DNA from: an uncultured Aquabacterium sp. | Lineage (GTDB): Bacteria > Pseudomonadota > Gammaproteobacteria > Burkholderiales > Burkholderiaceae_C | Direction: 5' to 3' | NCBI GenBank assembly: GCA_964373965.1 | Contig: CAYJXE010000016.1 | Span: forward strand, 23,328-87,327 | Length of the DNA stretch: 64,000 bases | Shown: positions 21,791-31,986 of the stretch, piece by piece | How the letters are laid out: every line of letters starts with the position of its first letter | Numbering within the stretch: the stretch's first letter is position 1 | Made by a program: the position numbers and the translations under genes | The notes under the pieces: model-generated | What the model was told of the DNA's origin: nothing | Databases searched by the model: none | The model's input: only the letters and a program-made list of their open reading frames with translations

Positions 21791-23119
21791 ATGCAGGTGT
21801 CGCCGGCCGAGGCCGACCTGGACACGCTCGAAGGCCTGGCCTGGTACGTTCAGAGGCGGCCTGTGTTCACGGGCGGCAACGAGGTGCGCCTGCTCAAAGG
21901 CGGTGAGGAGCTCTTCCCGGCGCTGCGCGACCGCATCGACGCTGCTCAGCACAGTGTGTGGATGGCGTTCTACATGGTCTCGCCACAGGGGCAAAGCAGC
22001 TGGGTGCTGCAGGCCCTGATGCGGGCCGCCAGGCGCGGCGTCTCGGTGCACCTGGTGGTCGATGGGCTGGGCTCTCGCGATGCACCGGCCAGCCTGTGGA
22101 AGGACCTGACGCTGGCAGGGGTGAAACTGGCCACCTACCGCCCCACTCGGGGCCTGGGTGCGCTGGTGTTCGACACCAGCCAATGGCGGCGCATGCACCT
22201 GAAGATCGCGGTCATCGATCGCAGTCAGGTCTTCATTGGCGGCATCAACCTGATCGACGACCGCCACGACCTGCACCATGGCTGGTCACAGCATCCTCGA
22301 CTGGACTACGCCGTCGATGTGAGCGGACCGGCCATCACGCCCATGTTGCACGCGGTGCGGGCCATCTGGACGCGCGCCCAGTTCGGCGTGGACTGGCGCG
22401 ACGAGCTGCCCCAGTTGCCCAAGGCTGCCAGTGACCTGCAGAAGTTCCGCCGCTTCAAGCGACTGCTCGACCAGGCACGCATGCGCCTGTCTCCGCGCGA
22501 GCAGGGCCGCGTCGAGCAAGCCGCGCAGTTGCTGCATGGCTCGCGCTGCGCTTTCGTCATGCGCGACAACCTGCGTCAGCGCCGCACCATCGAGCTCGCC
22601 TCGTTGCAAGCCATCCGGCAGGCGCGCGAGCGCATCGACATCGTCACGCCCTACTTCTACCCGCACCGCGCCATCCGCCTGGCCCTGCGCCACGCGGCCT
22701 CCAAAGGAGTGCAGGTGCGCCTGCTGCTGCAGGGCAAGCTCGACTACCGCATCGCCGGGGTCGCGGCCCAGGTGCTCTACCACGAGCTGCAGCGCCACGG
22801 CGTTCGCATCTTCGAGTACCAGGACGCCTTCCTGCATGCCAAGGTGCTGAGGGTGGACGATGAATGGGCCACGGTGGGCTCGTCCAACCTCGACCCGCTC
22901 TCGCTGGTGCTCAACCTTGAAGGCAACCTGGTGATCAAGGACCGGGCCTTCGTGCGCACGCTGTCGAACTCGCTGGATGAAGACTTCTCGCGCAGCCGCG
23001 AGGTGCCTGCACCAGCCAGTGACAGCCGACCGGGCTGGGTGGCGCGAGCGCGGCGAGCCGTGGTCAGCTGGCTGGCGCGGACCTACCTGCGGCTGGCAGG
23101 CGCCACGCGACGCTACTGA
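21791..23119 (+). CDS. clsB: Cardiolipin synthase ClsB (phospholipase D family)
   Basis: Two HKD motifs (HLKIAVID, HAKVLRVD), GGINL, VGSSNLDPLS. Confidence 0.88.
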   Translation: MQVSPAEADLDTLEGLAWYVQRRPVFTGGNEVRLLKGGEELFPALRDRIDAAQHSVWMAFYMVSPQGQSSWVLQALMRAARRGVSVHLVVDGLGSRDAPASLWKDLTLAGVKLATYRPTRGLGALVFDTSQWRRMHLKIAVIDRSQVFIGGINLIDDRHDLHHGWSQHPRLDYAVDVSGPAITPMLHAVRAIWTRAQFGVDWRDELPQLPKAASDLQKFRRFKRLLDQARMRLSPREQGRVEQAAQLLHGSRCAFVMRDNLRQRRTIELASLQAIRQARERIDIVTPYFYPHRAIRLALRHAASKGVQVRLLLQGKLDYRIAGVAAQVLYHELQRHGVRIFEYQDAFLHAKVLRVDDEWATVGSSNLDPLSLVLNLEGNLVIKDRAFVRTLSNSLDEDFSRSREVPAPASDSRPGWVARARRAVVSWLARTYLRLAGATRRY

Positions 23120-23676
23120 GCCACCAGCGACCAAGCTTCTCCATGCGCCGGCGGCCTGGGCCACTGCGATGCCTGCGTCGGTGGCTGCCCCGGCCCATGG
23201 GTTTGCACCCAGCGACGCGCCAGCATCCAGCCAGCGTGGCCAACGACGCTCACGCGGGGCTGGGACGGCTGCCAAGCTGCGGCCCGCTGCAGCACCTGGT
23301 GCAGGCTCTCGCCACCACCCGGTCGGTGGTGCAAAAAGTCAGCCACCCAGGCGTCGACGTCCTCGCGCGGGATCTGTGCCCAGGCTTGTCCGTCCCAAGC
23401 GCCGAAATCGGCCTCCAGCAAGGCGTCATCGACCACGTGTCGCCAGCCCAGGCTGCGCAGGTGACGGCCAACGTCGCGGCAGCGCCTGAGGGGCGAGGTG
23501 CAGACCACCTGCGGCAGGCCCTGCTCCAGCGCATGCCGATGGATGCGACGCGCCAGGCGCCGGGCCTTTCGCGGGTCGACTTGCAGGTCGGTGCGCCCGA
23601 TGCAGCGTCCTGCATGGCCGATGGGGCGTGGGTGGCGCCAGGCGGTGAAAGCCACGAGCGTGTCGACCCTGCTCAC
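23113..23676 (-). CDS. cobC: Histidine phosphatase, alpha-ribazole phosphatase (CobC)-like
   Basis: WRHPRP..GRCIGRTD, TSPLRRC, LLEADFGAWDG, PGGGES, VVGHAG; last gene of the cob operon. Start codon uncertain (GTG at 23676 or 23691). Confidence 0.75.
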   Translation of the reverse strand: MSRVDTLVAFTAWRHPRPIGHAGRCIGRTDLQVDPRKARRLARRIHRHALEQGLPQVVCTSPLRRCRDVGRHLRSLGWRHVVDDALLEADFGAWDGQAWAQIPREDVDAWVADFLHHRPGGGESLHQVLQRAAAWQPSQPRVSVVGHAGWMLARRWVQTHGPGQPPTQASQWPRPPAHGEAWSLVAQ

Positions 23677-23695
23677 GCAACCCTGCCCCACGAAC

Positions 23696-24610
23696 TCACC
23701 CGCCCACCGGGTGCACCACGTGCAACCAGGCCAGCAAGATGGCAAGCTCGGCGAGTTGCTGGCTGGCACCCAGGGTGTCACCCGTGAAGCCACCCAAACG
23801 ACGCTTGAGCCAACCCAGGCACCAGGCCAAAACCAAAGCGGCGCCCAGCAGACCCCAGGCCAGCGCCTGACCCAGGGTGCGCAGGGGCCAACCGTCGAGC
23901 AGGAAGAACACGGCCATCGCCGCAGCCACCACCCCGGTGTTGGCCACCGTGGCCCACACGTGCGGGGTGGCCACCGCCAGCGCCAGGGGTTTGGCCTTGG
24001 CGTGTTCGGCGTCGCCGGCATAAGGCAGCAAACGGGTCAGCACGACTGGCACCAGGCGCGACAGCGCATGCGCCCAGACCAGTCCCATCGACGTCCACAG
24101 CAACAGCACCTGGTGAATCTGGCTGGTGCGGGCGCTGTCGAGTTCGTGCACCCGGGGTGTGAGCAGCTCGACCAGCACCGTGGCCTTCAGGCCCAGCAGC
24201 AGGACCAGGCCCAGCGCGCCATAGGTGCCCAGGCGCGAGTCCTTCATGATGAGCAGCGCCTTGTCGCGGCTGACCGCCCCGCCCAGGCCATCGCAGGTGT
24301 CGGCCCAGCCATCTTCGTGAAACCCTCCGGTGAGCCAGACGGTCGCAGCCATGCTCAGGCCCACGGCCACCGCCGGCGGCCACCAGGCCGAGCACACCGC
24401 CAGCACCGCCACGCCAAACAGGCCCACCAGGGAGCCCACCAGCGGGAAGTGGCGCATGCTCGCCGGCATCCACTCGGGCTGCCAGCCCACCCAGGCCGGC
24501 ACCGGCACGCGGGTGAGGAACTGAACGGCCAACCAGAACAGGCGCAGCTCGTGCACCAGGGCGCCTGACAGGGTTGCGAGCAGGCCGCATGACGGTGGCG
24601 CTTGGCTCAT
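23696..24610 (-). CDS. cobS: Adenosylcobinamide-GDP ribazoletransferase (cobalamin synthase)
   Basis: FLTRVPVP, TGGFHEDGWADTCDG, MKDSRLGTYG, GGFTGDTLGA. Confidence 0.93.
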   Translation of the reverse strand: MSQAPPSCGLLATLSGALVHELRLFWLAVQFLTRVPVPAWVGWQPEWMPASMRHFPLVGSLVGLFGVAVLAVCSAWWPPAVAVGLSMAATVWLTGGFHEDGWADTCDGLGGAVSRDKALLIMKDSRLGTYGALGLVLLLGLKATVLVELLTPRVHELDSARTSQIHQVLLLWTSMGLVWAHALSRLVPVVLTRLLPYAGDAEHAKAKPLALAVATPHVWATVANTGVVAAAMAVFFLLDGWPLRTLGQALAWGLLGAALVLAWCLGWLKRRLGGFTGDTLGASQQLAELAILLAWLHVVHPVGG

Positions 24611-24617
24611 GTCGATC

Positions 24618-25673
24618 TCAGGCCTGCGGGTCGGCGCCAGCGCTGCTGACCCCGGCAGACTCGAAGCTCGCCATCTCGCGCAGGATCCGGCAGGCCGACT
24701 CCAGCAGCGGCCAGGCCAGGGCCGCGCCCGAGCCTTCGCCCAGGCGCAGGTCGAGCTTGATCAAGGGTTCGGCACCCAAGTGGGCCAGCATGCGGGCGTG
24801 ACCGCTCTCGTCGGACTGGTGCGAGAACACACAGCGCTGCAACACACGTGGCCGCAGCGCATGGGCCACGAGCAAAGCGCTGGTGGCAATGAAGCCGTCG
24901 ACCACGATGACGCGCTCCTGCGCCGCCGCTTCGAGCATGGCGCCACACATCATGGCCACCTCGAAGCCACCGAAGGCTTGCAACACCGCCAGGGGCTCGT
25001 GCGCGTCGGAGTTGGCGAGCAAGGCCTCTTGCAGGATGGCGAGCTTGCGTTGCACGGCGGGCTCATCGAGCCCGGTGCCCCGGCCCACACATTGGGCCAG
25101 GGGCAGGCCCGTCAGGCGGGCCATGATCAAGGCGGCGCTGGACGTGTTGCCAATGCCCATCTCACCGAACAACACGGCGTTGCCCGGCAGGCTGCGCACG
25201 ACTTCGGCGCCTTGTTCAAGCGCCTGAGCGCATTGCGCCGCCGTCATCGCCGGCCCCCGGCTGCAGTCGGCTGTGCCCGGGGCCACCTTGCGGCTTTGCA
25301 GCATTGGGCGTGGCGCCAGGTCCTTGGCGACACCTGCATCCACCACCGTGAGCGCCAGGCCATGCTGGCGCGCGAGCACGCTGATGGCCGCACCGCCGGC
25401 CAGGAAGTTCTCGACCATCTGCCAGGTCACGTCTGACGGAAAGGCCGACACGCCGCGCGCCGCCAGACCATGGTCGCCCGCGAAAACCACCACCTGCGCA
25501 GAGACCAGCTCCGGACGCTCGCTGCGCAAGGTCAACCCGATCTGCAAGGCCAGCGACTCGATGCGGCCCAGCGAGCCCAAGGGCTTGGTCTTGTGGTCGA
25601 TGAGGTGCTGCAAGCGAGCGGCGAGCACGCCATCGCGCAAATCGGCCAGCTCGGGCAACCTGGGTTCTGCCAT
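24618..25673 (-). CDS. cobT: Nicotinate-nucleotide--dimethylbenzimidazole phosphoribosyltransferase
   Basis: [49 protein letters not shown]. Confidence 0.95.
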   Translation of the reverse strand: MAEPRLPELADLRDGVLAARLQHLIDHKTKPLGSLGRIESLALQIGLTLRSERPELVSAQVVVFAGDHGLAARGVSAFPSDVTWQMVENFLAGGAAISVLARQHGLALTVVDAGVAKDLAPRPMLQSRKVAPGTADCSRGPAMTAAQCAQALEQGAEVVRSLPGNAVLFGEMGIGNTSSAALIMARLTGLPLAQCVGRGTGLDEPAVQRKLAILQEALLANSDAHEPLAVLQAFGGFEVAMMCGAMLEAAAQERVIVVDGFIATSALLVAHALRPRVLQRCVFSHQSDESGHARMLAHLGAEPLIKLDLRLGEGSGAALAWPLLESACRILREMASFESAGVSSAGADPQA

Positions 25674-25676
25674 GCC

Positions 25677-26246
25677 TCAGTCCTCGATGCCGCGTTGTGC
25701 CGGGATGCCTGCCTCGTAGGCATGCTTGACCTTGCGCACCTCGCTGACCGTGTCGGCGATCTCGATGACCTCGGCCGGGCAATCGCGTCCGGTGATCACG
25801 ACGTGCACATGCGAGGGCCGCGAGCGCAAGGCGTCGACCACCTCCTGCAGCGGCACCCAGCCGTAAATGAGCGGGTAGGTCATCTCATCGAGCACCACCA
25901 GGAAGGCCTCGCCCGCCTCGATCACGGCGCGGGCACGGGCCCAGCCCTCCCGCGCGAGTTGCGCCGAGTGCTCCAGGTCCTTGCTCTTCCAGCTGAAGCC
26001 ATCGCCCAGGCCTTCGATGGGCACACCCAATTGTTCGAGGGCGCGGTGCTCGCCAAAGCGCGCACTGGGCACCTTCATGAACTGGAAGATGCGCACCGGC
26101 TTGCCTCGGCCGTGGGCGCGCAAGGCCAGGCCGAAGGCGGCCGTGCTCTTGCCTTTGCCATCACCGGTGTTGACGATGAGCAGGCCTCGGCGCTCGGCCT
26201 TCTCGCGTTGCTGGGGGGCTTCGGTGGGTGGGTTCTGGATGTCCAT
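25677..26246 (-). CDS. cobO: Cob(I)alamin adenosyltransferase CobO/BtuR
   Basis: [48 protein letters not shown]. Confidence 0.93.
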   Translation of the reverse strand: MDIQNPPTEAPQQREKAERRGLLIVNTGDGKGKSTAAFGLALRAHGRGKPVRIFQFMKVPSARFGEHRALEQLGVPIEGLGDGFSWKSKDLEHSAQLAREGWARARAVIEAGEAFLVVLDEMTYPLIYGWVPLQEVVDALRSRPSHVHVVITGRDCPAEVIEIADTVSEVRKVKHAYEAGIPAQRGIED

Positions 26247-26289
26247 GGTGGGATTGTCCTGCCGGACGCAATTCAAGGTGAAAGGGAGG

Positions 26290-27069
26290 TCAAAGCCGGG
26301 GCCAGGCGGTCCAGCGCCCATCGACTTCGACCAGCTCGATGGCGTGGTCGAACACCTCGCACAAGGCGGCGCGGACCGCAGGGTCGGACGCAGGCCCCGA
26401 GGCCAATAAGCGCCCGCCCCCCATCACCGCGAGCCGGTCCGCGCTCAGCGCAATGGGCAACTCGTGCATGACGCTGAGCAGCGCACGCCCCGCCCTGGCC
26501 GCTTGACGCATGACCTGGGCAAGGTGACGCTGATGGGGCGGGTCCAGGTGGGCCAGCGGCTCGTCGAGCAACAACACCGGGGCCTGGGTCGCGAGGGCGC
26601 GGGCCAGGTGCACCCGCTGACGCTCGCCACCCGACAAGCGCCCCAGCCGATGCGAAGCCAGCGCATGAACGTCGGCCTGGGCCATGGCCTCGTCGACCAC
26701 AGACCGATCGGCTGCTGGGGCAGCGCCCGCCCACCCCAGCCAGCCCCGGTGCGGCAAGCGGCCCAGCTCGACGACGTCGCGCACCAGCATGTCGGCATCG
26801 GCCTCGGGTGATTGCGCCAGCCAGGCCAGCTGGCGCGCCCTCGCGCGGTCGGGCCAGGCAGCCAGGGCGCGTTCACCCAGCCAGACCTCGCCAGCAGCAG
26901 GCACCAGCAACCCCGCCGCCAACTGCAGCAAGGTGGATTTGCCCGCGCCATTGGGGCCGACCAGGGCCACCCATTCGCCAGCACGAAGGCTCAGGTCGAC
27001 CCGATCGACCACGGTGCGATGCCCCCTGGTGGCGCTGACGGCACGCAAAGACAACAGGCCCTGGCTCAT
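26290..27069 (-). CDS. btuD: Cobalamin/iron-chelate ABC transporter ATPase (BtuD-like)
   Basis: Walker [10 protein letters not shown], signature [18 protein letters not shown]. Confidence 0.82.
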   Translation of the reverse strand: MSQGLLSLRAVSATRGHRTVVDRVDLSLRAGEWVALVGPNGAGKSTLLQLAAGLLVPAAGEVWLGERALAAWPDRARARQLAWLAQSPEADADMLVRDVVELGRLPHRGWLGWAGAAPAADRSVVDEAMAQADVHALASHRLGRLSGGERQRVHLARALATQAPVLLLDEPLAHLDPPHQRHLAQVMRQAARAGRALLSVMHELPIALSADRLAVMGGGRLLASGPASDPAVRAALCEVFDHAIELVEVDGRWTAWPRL

Positions 27070-28025
27070 GGTGCGCTCCGCTGCAATCGCCACAGCAGGT
27101 AGCCCCCGCCGAGCACGGCCGTGAGCACGCCCACCGGCACGTCCTGAGGGGGCAACAAGCCCCGCGACAGCAGGTCGGCCGACAGCAACAACACCCCACC
27201 CATCAAGCTGGCCGCCAGCAGGCGCACGCGGTGCCGTCCGCCATCCCAGCCACGCACCAGGTGCGGTGCCACCAGGCCAATGAAAGCGATCAAACCAGCC
27301 TGCGCCGAGGCAGCCGCCGTGCAGGCCGCCAGCACCGCCACGAGCGCCACGCGCGAGGCCCCCAAAGGCACGCCCAGGCTGCGCGCGGTGTCTTCACCCA
27401 GGCTCAAGGCATCCAGCACCGGCGCCAGCCCCATCGCCAGCAGCACCCCGACCAGCCACACGCCTGCCATCGCCCACACAGCCGGCCAGCCCAGCAAGGC
27501 GGTGTTGCCAAGCATGAAGGCCTGCATCGCACGCCAGGCCTCAGCAGAACCAAGCATGATCCACTGCGTGAACGCACCCAGCACCACGCCCACCACCACG
27601 CCAGCGAGCAGCAGGCGGTAGGTCTGCGTCGCCCCCCGTGCCAGCGTGAGCGTGAGGAACACCCCGCCGATGGCGCCGAAAAAGGCCAGACCTGTCAGGC
27701 CCAGCCGAGCCCCCGCCTCGCCCGATACCCAGCCCAGCGCGATGGCCGCGGCCATGCACAAACCCGCACCAGCGGCCGAGCCAAGCAGGTGGGGCTCGGC
27801 CAGCGGGTTGCGAAACAAGCCCTGTGCGATGGCCCCCGACAAACCCAGCAAAGCGCCCACCACTGCGGCACCGAAAGAGCGCGGCAAGCGGATGTCCATC
27901 GCCAACTCGAGCATGCCAGGCTCGCTCCAAAGCGCCGATGGCCAGCGCCAGCCATCGGCGCCCACCAGCGCGCCCAGGCCACACAGCCCCATCAACACCA
28001 GCGCCAGCCACCAGACGGGTTTCAT
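27066..28025 (-). CDS. btuC: FecCD-family ABC permease (BtuC-like)
   Basis: IRLPRS, QGLFRNPLAEP, LGEDTARSLG, GLIAFIGLVAPHL, PVGVLTAVLGG. Confidence 0.85.
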   Translation of the reverse strand: MKPVWWLALVLMGLCGLGALVGADGWRWPSALWSEPGMLELAMDIRLPRSFGAAVVGALLGLSGAIAQGLFRNPLAEPHLLGSAAGAGLCMAAAIALGWVSGEAGARLGLTGLAFFGAIGGVFLTLTLARGATQTYRLLLAGVVVGVVLGAFTQWIMLGSAEAWRAMQAFMLGNTALLGWPAVWAMAGVWLVGVLLAMGLAPVLDALSLGEDTARSLGVPLGASRVALVAVLAACTAAASAQAGLIAFIGLVAPHLVRGWDGGRHRVRLLAASLMGGVLLLSADLLSRGLLPPQDVPVGVLTAVLGGGYLLWRLQRSAP

Positions 28026-28936
28026 GGCTTCGCGCCCCAGGCCCGGTTCAGGCAATTGGCCAGCACCCGGGCCGCCTCCGGCAGGCGCGGTCCGGGGCGC
28101 GACAAGGCATCCATCTCACGCGGCTGCAAAGCACAGATGCGTTGACCTCGCACGGCCGGGATCGCCGACCAACCAGGGCGACGGCGCAACGCCGCCACCT
28201 CACCGGCCCCCACGATGATCAGCGCCGGCCTGGCCCGCACCACGAACTCCGGATTGAGCTTGGGGAAGGGCCCCAGCGAGGCTGGAACGATGTTGCGCGC
28301 ACCTTGCTGACGCAGCATCTGCCCGATGTACGAGGACTCGCCCGCCGCATGCGGTGCGCTGCTGATTTCGACATAGACCGCGTGCCCCCGCGCGGGCGCA
28401 GGCACCGAACGAGCGGCCTCTTGCAGCTCTGCCTGCATGGCAGCCCAACGCCGAGTCGCGGCTTCAGGTTGCCCCAACAAAGCGGCCACCTTGTGAAGCA
28501 GCCCCTCCACGCCAGGCAGGTCTCGGGCATCGAGCTCTGCCACCGTCAAACCCAACTGCCGCAAGCGTGGCGCCACGCGCGAAGACGGCGCCAGCAACAC
28601 CAGGTCAGGCTTGAGCGCGACGATGCGCTCGAGCGGGGCCTCATCCAGGCTGCCCAATTGCGGCAGCTTCTTGACCTGATCAGGCCAATTGGACCAACGG
28701 TCCACGCCGATCAGGCGATCGCAGCCCCCCAGAACACAGACCGCCTCGGTCAAAGAAGGCAACAACGAAATGATGCGAGTTGGTGGGGCTGGCAGGCTCA
28801 CGGTCGAGCCACCATCGTCCACGATGGCCAGGCGATGGCCTGCGGCATGCGCAGCACCCACCATGGTCCAAGCCACCAGGCACGCGATGACCCGCCTCCA
28901 GCGGAGCACTCGGCCAACTTGGGGCAGCGCGCTCAC
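28022..28936 (-). CDS. btuF: Periplasmic cobalamin-binding protein (BtuF-like)
   Basis: PTRIISLLPSLTEAVC, LERIVALKPDLVL, RPGPRL. GTG at 28936 overlaps the cobU stop. Confidence 0.82.
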   Translation of the reverse strand: MSALPQVGRVLRWRRVIACLVAWTMVGAAHAAGHRLAIVDDGGSTVSLPAPPTRIISLLPSLTEAVCVLGGCDRLIGVDRWSNWPDQVKKLPQLGSLDEAPLERIVALKPDLVLLAPSSRVAPRLRQLGLTVAELDARDLPGVEGLLHKVAALLGQPEAATRRWAAMQAELQEAARSVPAPARGHAVYVEISSAPHAAGESSYIGQMLRQQGARNIVPASLGPFPKLNPEFVVRARPALIIVGAGEVAALRRRPGWSAIPAVRGQRICALQPREMDALSRPGPRLPEAARVLANCLNRAWGAKP

Positions 28937-29505
28937 GCCCAAGGCTCCACGTCACGCGTGAAGGGCTGGCCGGCCACCATCCAGGTCAACCGAGCGCAGC
29001 GCTGCGCCACGTCCTGATGCAAGCGCCCCAACTCATCGACCACTCGGCGAACGTCGGCGCCCATCGGCACCACACCCGAGCCGATCTCGTTGGACACCAG
29101 CACCAGCGGTGAAGTCAGGCCGGGCATGGCGCCGAGCAAATCCTCGCGCAAATGCGACCACTGAGGCAACTCAGTGGTCAGTTCGCCATGGCAGTCTGGC
29201 ATCAGCGCCTGGCTGACCCACAAGGTCAAACAATCGACCACGATCAAACGATGGGACGCCGCCTCTCGTCGAACCACCTGACCAAGGTGAACAGGGCTCT
29301 CGACCACCCGAAAAGCCGCATCGCGATCACGCCGATGCCGCTCGATGCGCTCGCGCATCTCGTCATCGCTGGCCATGGCCGTGGCCACGACCACCACCTC
29401 GTGGCGGGCGTCCTGTTCCAGCCAGGCACGCGCCAAGCGCTCGGCATGGCGCGATTTGCCGCTGCGCTGGCCGCCCAGGACGAGGTGGTGTTGCGGTGCC
29501 GACAT
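28933..29505 (-). CDS. cobU: Bifunctional adenosylcobinamide kinase / adenosylcobinamide-phosphate guanylyltransferase
   Basis: LVLGGQRSGKSRHAE, ERIERHR, VDCLTLWV, VSNEIGSGVVP. Confidence 0.93.
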   Translation of the reverse strand: MSAPQHHLVLGGQRSGKSRHAERLARAWLEQDARHEVVVVATAMASDDEMRERIERHRRDRDAAFRVVESPVHLGQVVRREAASHRLIVVDCLTLWVSQALMPDCHGELTTELPQWSHLREDLLGAMPGLTSPLVLVSNEIGSGVVPMGADVRRVVDELGRLHQDVAQRCARLTWMVAGQPFTRDVEPWA

Positions 29506-29513
29506 GGCTGGTC

Positions 29514-31370
29514 TCAGCGAGGCTGGTAGCGCAGCGCCACCTGGGCAAACGCACCAGGAACCGCGTAGTCGCGAGCCACCTCGTAGCGCTTGTTGAACAC
29601 GTTGTCCACGCGGGTCAGCAGCTGCCAGCCCGGTGCCAGCTGACGCAAAGCGAACACGCCCCAGGTCACGTAGCCCCCGTTGTGAACGGTCAGCGAATCG
29701 CCATCGATGTCGCTGCGCCCACCAACGAATCGCGAGCGAGCACCCACGGTCCAGCCCATCAGATCGGTGTCGGCCGACAGGTTGCCGTGGTAGCGCGGGC
29801 GACGAATCAGGCGTTCACCCGTCTGCTCGTTGCGGGCCTCCTGCAAGTCCCATGACCCCGACCAGTTGGCGCCCGCCCACCGCGTTTGAGCAGCGAAGGT
29901 CAAGCCCTTGAGGCGCGCCTGGCCCACGTTGAAGTACTGGAACTGGCTCATCGAGTACTCGATCAGCTGGTTGATGCGCTGGTCGTAGGCGGTCACCGAA
30001 GCGCGATCGGAGCCTCGTTGCCAGCTGATGGCGGCCTCGCTGCCGTGCGATGTCTCTGCCCTCAAATCCGGGTTGCCGTCGTATTGGGCAAAGCGCTCGT
30101 ACAGCGTGGGCGCCCGAAAGCCCTCCGAGTAGCTCACGCGTGCCATCCAGCTCGGGGCAAAGCGCCAGCCGCCCGCCACGGTGCCCGTGTGGTGCACGCC
30201 GAATTCGCTGTCGTCATCCTGGCGAGCTCGCGCAGAAAAAACCCAGCTGTCCTGATCCCAGGCGTAACCCAGGCCCAATCCCAACTGATCGCGCCGAGGC
30301 TCGGGACCTTCGAAGGAGGAGCTGCCGTCGTAAGCCGCGCTCATGCGATCGACCCGGTTCTCCAGCAGAACCTGCACGCCATGCGGACCACGCTGCCAAT
30401 CGTGCTGCGCCAGGGCAGTGCGGGTGCGGGTCTTGGCACGCAGGTAACCGCTCGACTCCGACAGGACCTCCGTGCTGCTCTCGCCCAATCGGTACTGCGC
30501 CTTCAGCCCAGGCAGCCAATCGGCCAACCAAGCCACCTGCGACGTGCGGATCACCGTGGTGGCAACAGAGTCCTGATCTGCGCTGGCGTAGCGGTCATCG
30601 AAGTCGGCTCGGGTGCGATGCCGCCCAGCCAAAGCTTCCAGCCGATGCCCAGCCAGCAACTGCCACCCCAGGCGAGCCTGAGCCGACGACAGCCCATACC
30701 CGTCGCGATCGACGCGCCAATCCGGGCTGCTGGGGTTGTTGATCACGGAACGGCCATTGGCCCGCTCTGCCCCCAGGGTCAAACCATACTCAAAACCGGA
30801 CTGGCGGCCGGAAACCGTGGCATCGGACTTGACGGTGCCGTGCGAGCCCAAGGTCAAACCACCAGCCACGGACACCACGCCATCGACCGGCTTGCGCGTG
30901 AACACCTGGATGACACCGCCGACGGCGTCAGAGCCATACAAGGCGCTGCCGGCGCCCCGCACCACCTCGATGCGATCGATCTGCGACAACGGGATGCCTT
31001 GCCAGACAGCACCGCCCTGCAAGTTCTGAGAGTCCACGCGCAAACCATCGACCAGCAAAGCGGTGAAGCGGGCATTGGCTCCCCGCACGAACACGTCGGT
31101 GTAGGTGCCTGGGCCACCGTTGTTGCTGAATGTCAGCCCCGGTTGACGATCGAGCAAGTCGGCCAGGTCCATGGCCCCCGAGCGATCGATGTCTTCGCGA
31201 GTGATGACCGAGACATCGGCCAGGACACGGGCACGGTCAACGGGTGCTCGCGTGGCGGTGACAACGACCTCTGGCACGCTCTCATCCGCAAGCGCGCAAG
31301 GCGACCAAGCCTGCAGAACAAGGCAAGACAGGGCGCTCAGGGACAAGCGCGCAACAGGAAAAGTTTTCAC
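29514..31370 (-). CDS. btuB: TonB-dependent vitamin B12 receptor
   Basis: Signal peptide, TonB box EVVVTATR, plug VFVRGAN..IDRIEVVRGAGSALYGSDAVGGVIQVFTR, C-terminal RVDNVFNKRY; preceded by a cobalamin riboswitch. GTG start inferred. Confidence 0.9.
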   Translation of the reverse strand: MKTFPVARLSLSALSCLVLQAWSPCALADESVPEVVVTATRAPVDRARVLADVSVITREDIDRSGAMDLADLLDRQPGLTFSNNGGPGTYTDVFVRGANARFTALLVDGLRVDSQNLQGGAVWQGIPLSQIDRIEVVRGAGSALYGSDAVGGVIQVFTRKPVDGVVSVAGGLTLGSHGTVKSDATVSGRQSGFEYGLTLGAERANGRSVINNPSSPDWRVDRDGYGLSSAQARLGWQLLAGHRLEALAGRHRTRADFDDRYASADQDSVATTVIRTSQVAWLADWLPGLKAQYRLGESSTEVLSESSGYLRAKTRTRTALAQHDWQRGPHGVQVLLENRVDRMSAAYDGSSSFEGPEPRRDQLGLGLGYAWDQDSWVFSARARQDDDSEFGVHHTGTVAGGWRFAPSWMARVSYSEGFRAPTLYERFAQYDGNPDLRAETSHGSEAAISWQRGSDRASVTAYDQRINQLIEYSMSQFQYFNVGQARLKGLTFAAQTRWAGANWSGSWDLQEARNEQTGERLIRRPRYHGNLSADTDLMGWTVGARSRFVGGRSDIDGDSLTVHNGGYVTWGVFALRQLAPGWQLLTRVDNVFNKRYEVARDYAVPGAFAQVALRYQPR

Positions 31371-31454
31371 GGGAAAAGGCAAAGACAAAGGCCCTGGCCA
31401 GCTTCCCCGCAGGCCCTGGGCGACATGGCGCGCGCGAACGCACGCACCCCTTGC

Positions 31455-31675
31455 TGGCCGGTATCCGGGCTGGGCGATGCAACCTGCGCGGCCTTCCCAA
31501 GCCCGAAGGCCCAGTGGCTGGAGAGCGCAGGCGGAGCGAGCAACCCGGGGTTGCACGAGCTCGATCGCCGACCGTTGCGGGGGCAGCGCAAGTCAGGTGG
31601 ACACCGCTGATGGCGCGCGCCCTGCTTGCTTCCCGTTTAACTGCGCCGGGCAAGAACCCCGGCGCGAGCACCAAC
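31455..31675 (-). promoter_or_regulatory. Cobalamin (AdoCbl) riboswitch
   Basis: Minus strand reads GGTGCTC...GTTAAACGGGAAGC...GGTG...CTGCCCCCGCAACGGT...GCCACTG...GGGAAGG...AGCCCGGATACCGGCC, the conserved B12-element segments in correct order upstream of btuB. Confidence 0.93.
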
Positions 31676-31737
31676 GGGCAAATTGTAAGGGCGCCTACAA
31701 TGCCGGCGAGCCCCTCCTTCACCCGCCTCGGCACACC

Positions 31738-31986
31738 ATGTCCCGCATCGACGAACTCACCGATCGCATCGAGCGCCTGCTGTTGCGCCACGAGGAGCTG
31801 CGCCGCACCAATGCGCTGCTGGCGCAGCAGGTGCACATCGTCACGCAGGAGCGCGAGTCCCTGAAGGCTAGACTGGCCGCAGCGCGCTCGCGCATCGATG
31901 CGCTGCTCGACAAGCTGCCGCTGCCGGTCGCCGAAACCGAACACCCCGATGGCGATCAAACCGCCACCGACACCCGACCAGAATGA
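31738..31986 (+). CDS. Short coiled-coil protein upstream of zapA (ZapB-like/DUF904)
   Basis: MSRIDELTDRIERLLLRHEELRRTNALL..ERESLKARLAAARSRIDALLDKLP; ATGA overlap with zapA. Confidence 0.75.
   Translation: MSRIDELTDRIERLLLRHEELRRTNALLAQQVHIVTQERESLKARLAAARSRIDALLDKLPLPVAETEHPDGDQTATDTRPE

Noticed and set aside
29886-31610. 574-aa plus-strand ORF
   Set aside because: Antisense to btuB and its riboswitch; no recognisable domain.
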